A stretch of 64,000 bases of DNA. Origin: Octopus sinensis. Its lineage: Eukaryota. Below are positions 63,262 through 64,000 of the stretch, one piece after another. The stretch covers positions 34,422,464 through 34,486,463 of the forward strand of contig NC_043011.1 in assembly GCF_006345805.1 (NCBI RefSeq), read 5' to 3'. The position numbers and the translations under genes are program-made. Below the pieces are notes generated by a model that saw nothing but the letters and a program-made list of their open reading frames with translations, did not search any database and was not told where the DNA came from. Position 1 is the stretch's first letter. Each line of letters starts with the position of its first letter.

Positions 63262-64000
63262 GTATCTTGGATTTTGCCTTTCTTCATTTCTGGTTTTACC
63301 TTAGTAACCCCATGTTTTCATGTTCAATCTCACTGCGTGGCCACCTTGGCAAATTTCTGAACTGACCAAAACCTTGTGAACGGATTTGGTAGCTGGAAAG
63401 TGAAAGAAGCCTGTTTGTGTGTGTGTGTGTGTGTGTGTGGGTGTGCATGCACATGTGTGTGGGTGGATGAGTGGTGTCTATTAGTCTCCTCCTCTTCTCA
63501 TCATGTGATGATTGTAAAGGAGTGTTGTCATTGTAGAAACAGTGTCGTTTGGTTCCAGTCTTTTAGTCATGGGAAAAATATTTATCTTATTTGGAAATAG
63601 GCGATGCTTAACGACAAGAAGGGCATCTGGCCTCAAAAAATCTGCCTCAGTGAATTCCATCTGACCCATGCAAGCATAGAAAAATAGTCATTAAAGTGAT
63701 CATCACCACCACCATCATTATAATAATAATGGTTGCAAATTTTGACACAAGGCCAGCAGTTTGAGGAAGGGGTTAAGTTGACTACATTGACCCCAGTGTT
63801 AAACTGGTACTTATTTTATCAACCCTGAAAGAATGAAAGGCAAAGTCAACTCCATTGGCATTTGAACTTAGAATGAAAAGTCACTAAGCATTTTTTCTGT
63901 TGCAGCAATGGTTCTGCCACCTCCCAGCTGCCTCCTCCTCCTCACCCCTCCTCCTGGTGGTGGTGGTGATGATGATGGTGGTGATGATGGTGGTGGTGGT

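Overview
AT-rich, microsatellite-dense animal genomic DNA. An octopod cephalopod source is inferred from the repeat landscape (several tRNA-headed SINE families and heavy (TA)n/(CA)n/(GATA)n load); the sequence alone does not prove it. One protein-coding gene is present: a + strand integrin beta subunit with 10 coding exons (27005-63261, 296 aa) that splice in frame by GT-AG and run off the right end of the window. It covers signal peptide, PSI, hybrid N-part and most of the betaI domain. Its betaI domain keeps DxSxS and the MIDAS Glu but has lost the ADMIDAS Asp-Asp pair, the MIDAS/ADMIDAS Asp (beta3 D251), the SyMBS Asn and D259. The PSI exon occurs twice, identically, inside a ~1.45 kb tandem duplication bounded by (CA)n. 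Non-coding highlights: at least seven type I hammerhead ribozyme motifs in short Penelope/retrozyme-like repeats, three with intact catalytic cores (2847-2881 +, 30953-31023 +, 55064-55173 -); a ~2.25 kb telomere-like satellite (70/56/32 bp units) next to a Tx1-like LINE 3' end; and a GG-terminal MITE family with 8 bp TSDs carrying (CCCTAA)n. The rest is Helitrons, Tc1/mariner, hAT and piggyBac MITEs, RTE/CR1 fragments, SINEs and foldback elements. Most ORFs in the supplied track are microsatellite artefacts. Coordinates of decayed repeats are approximate.
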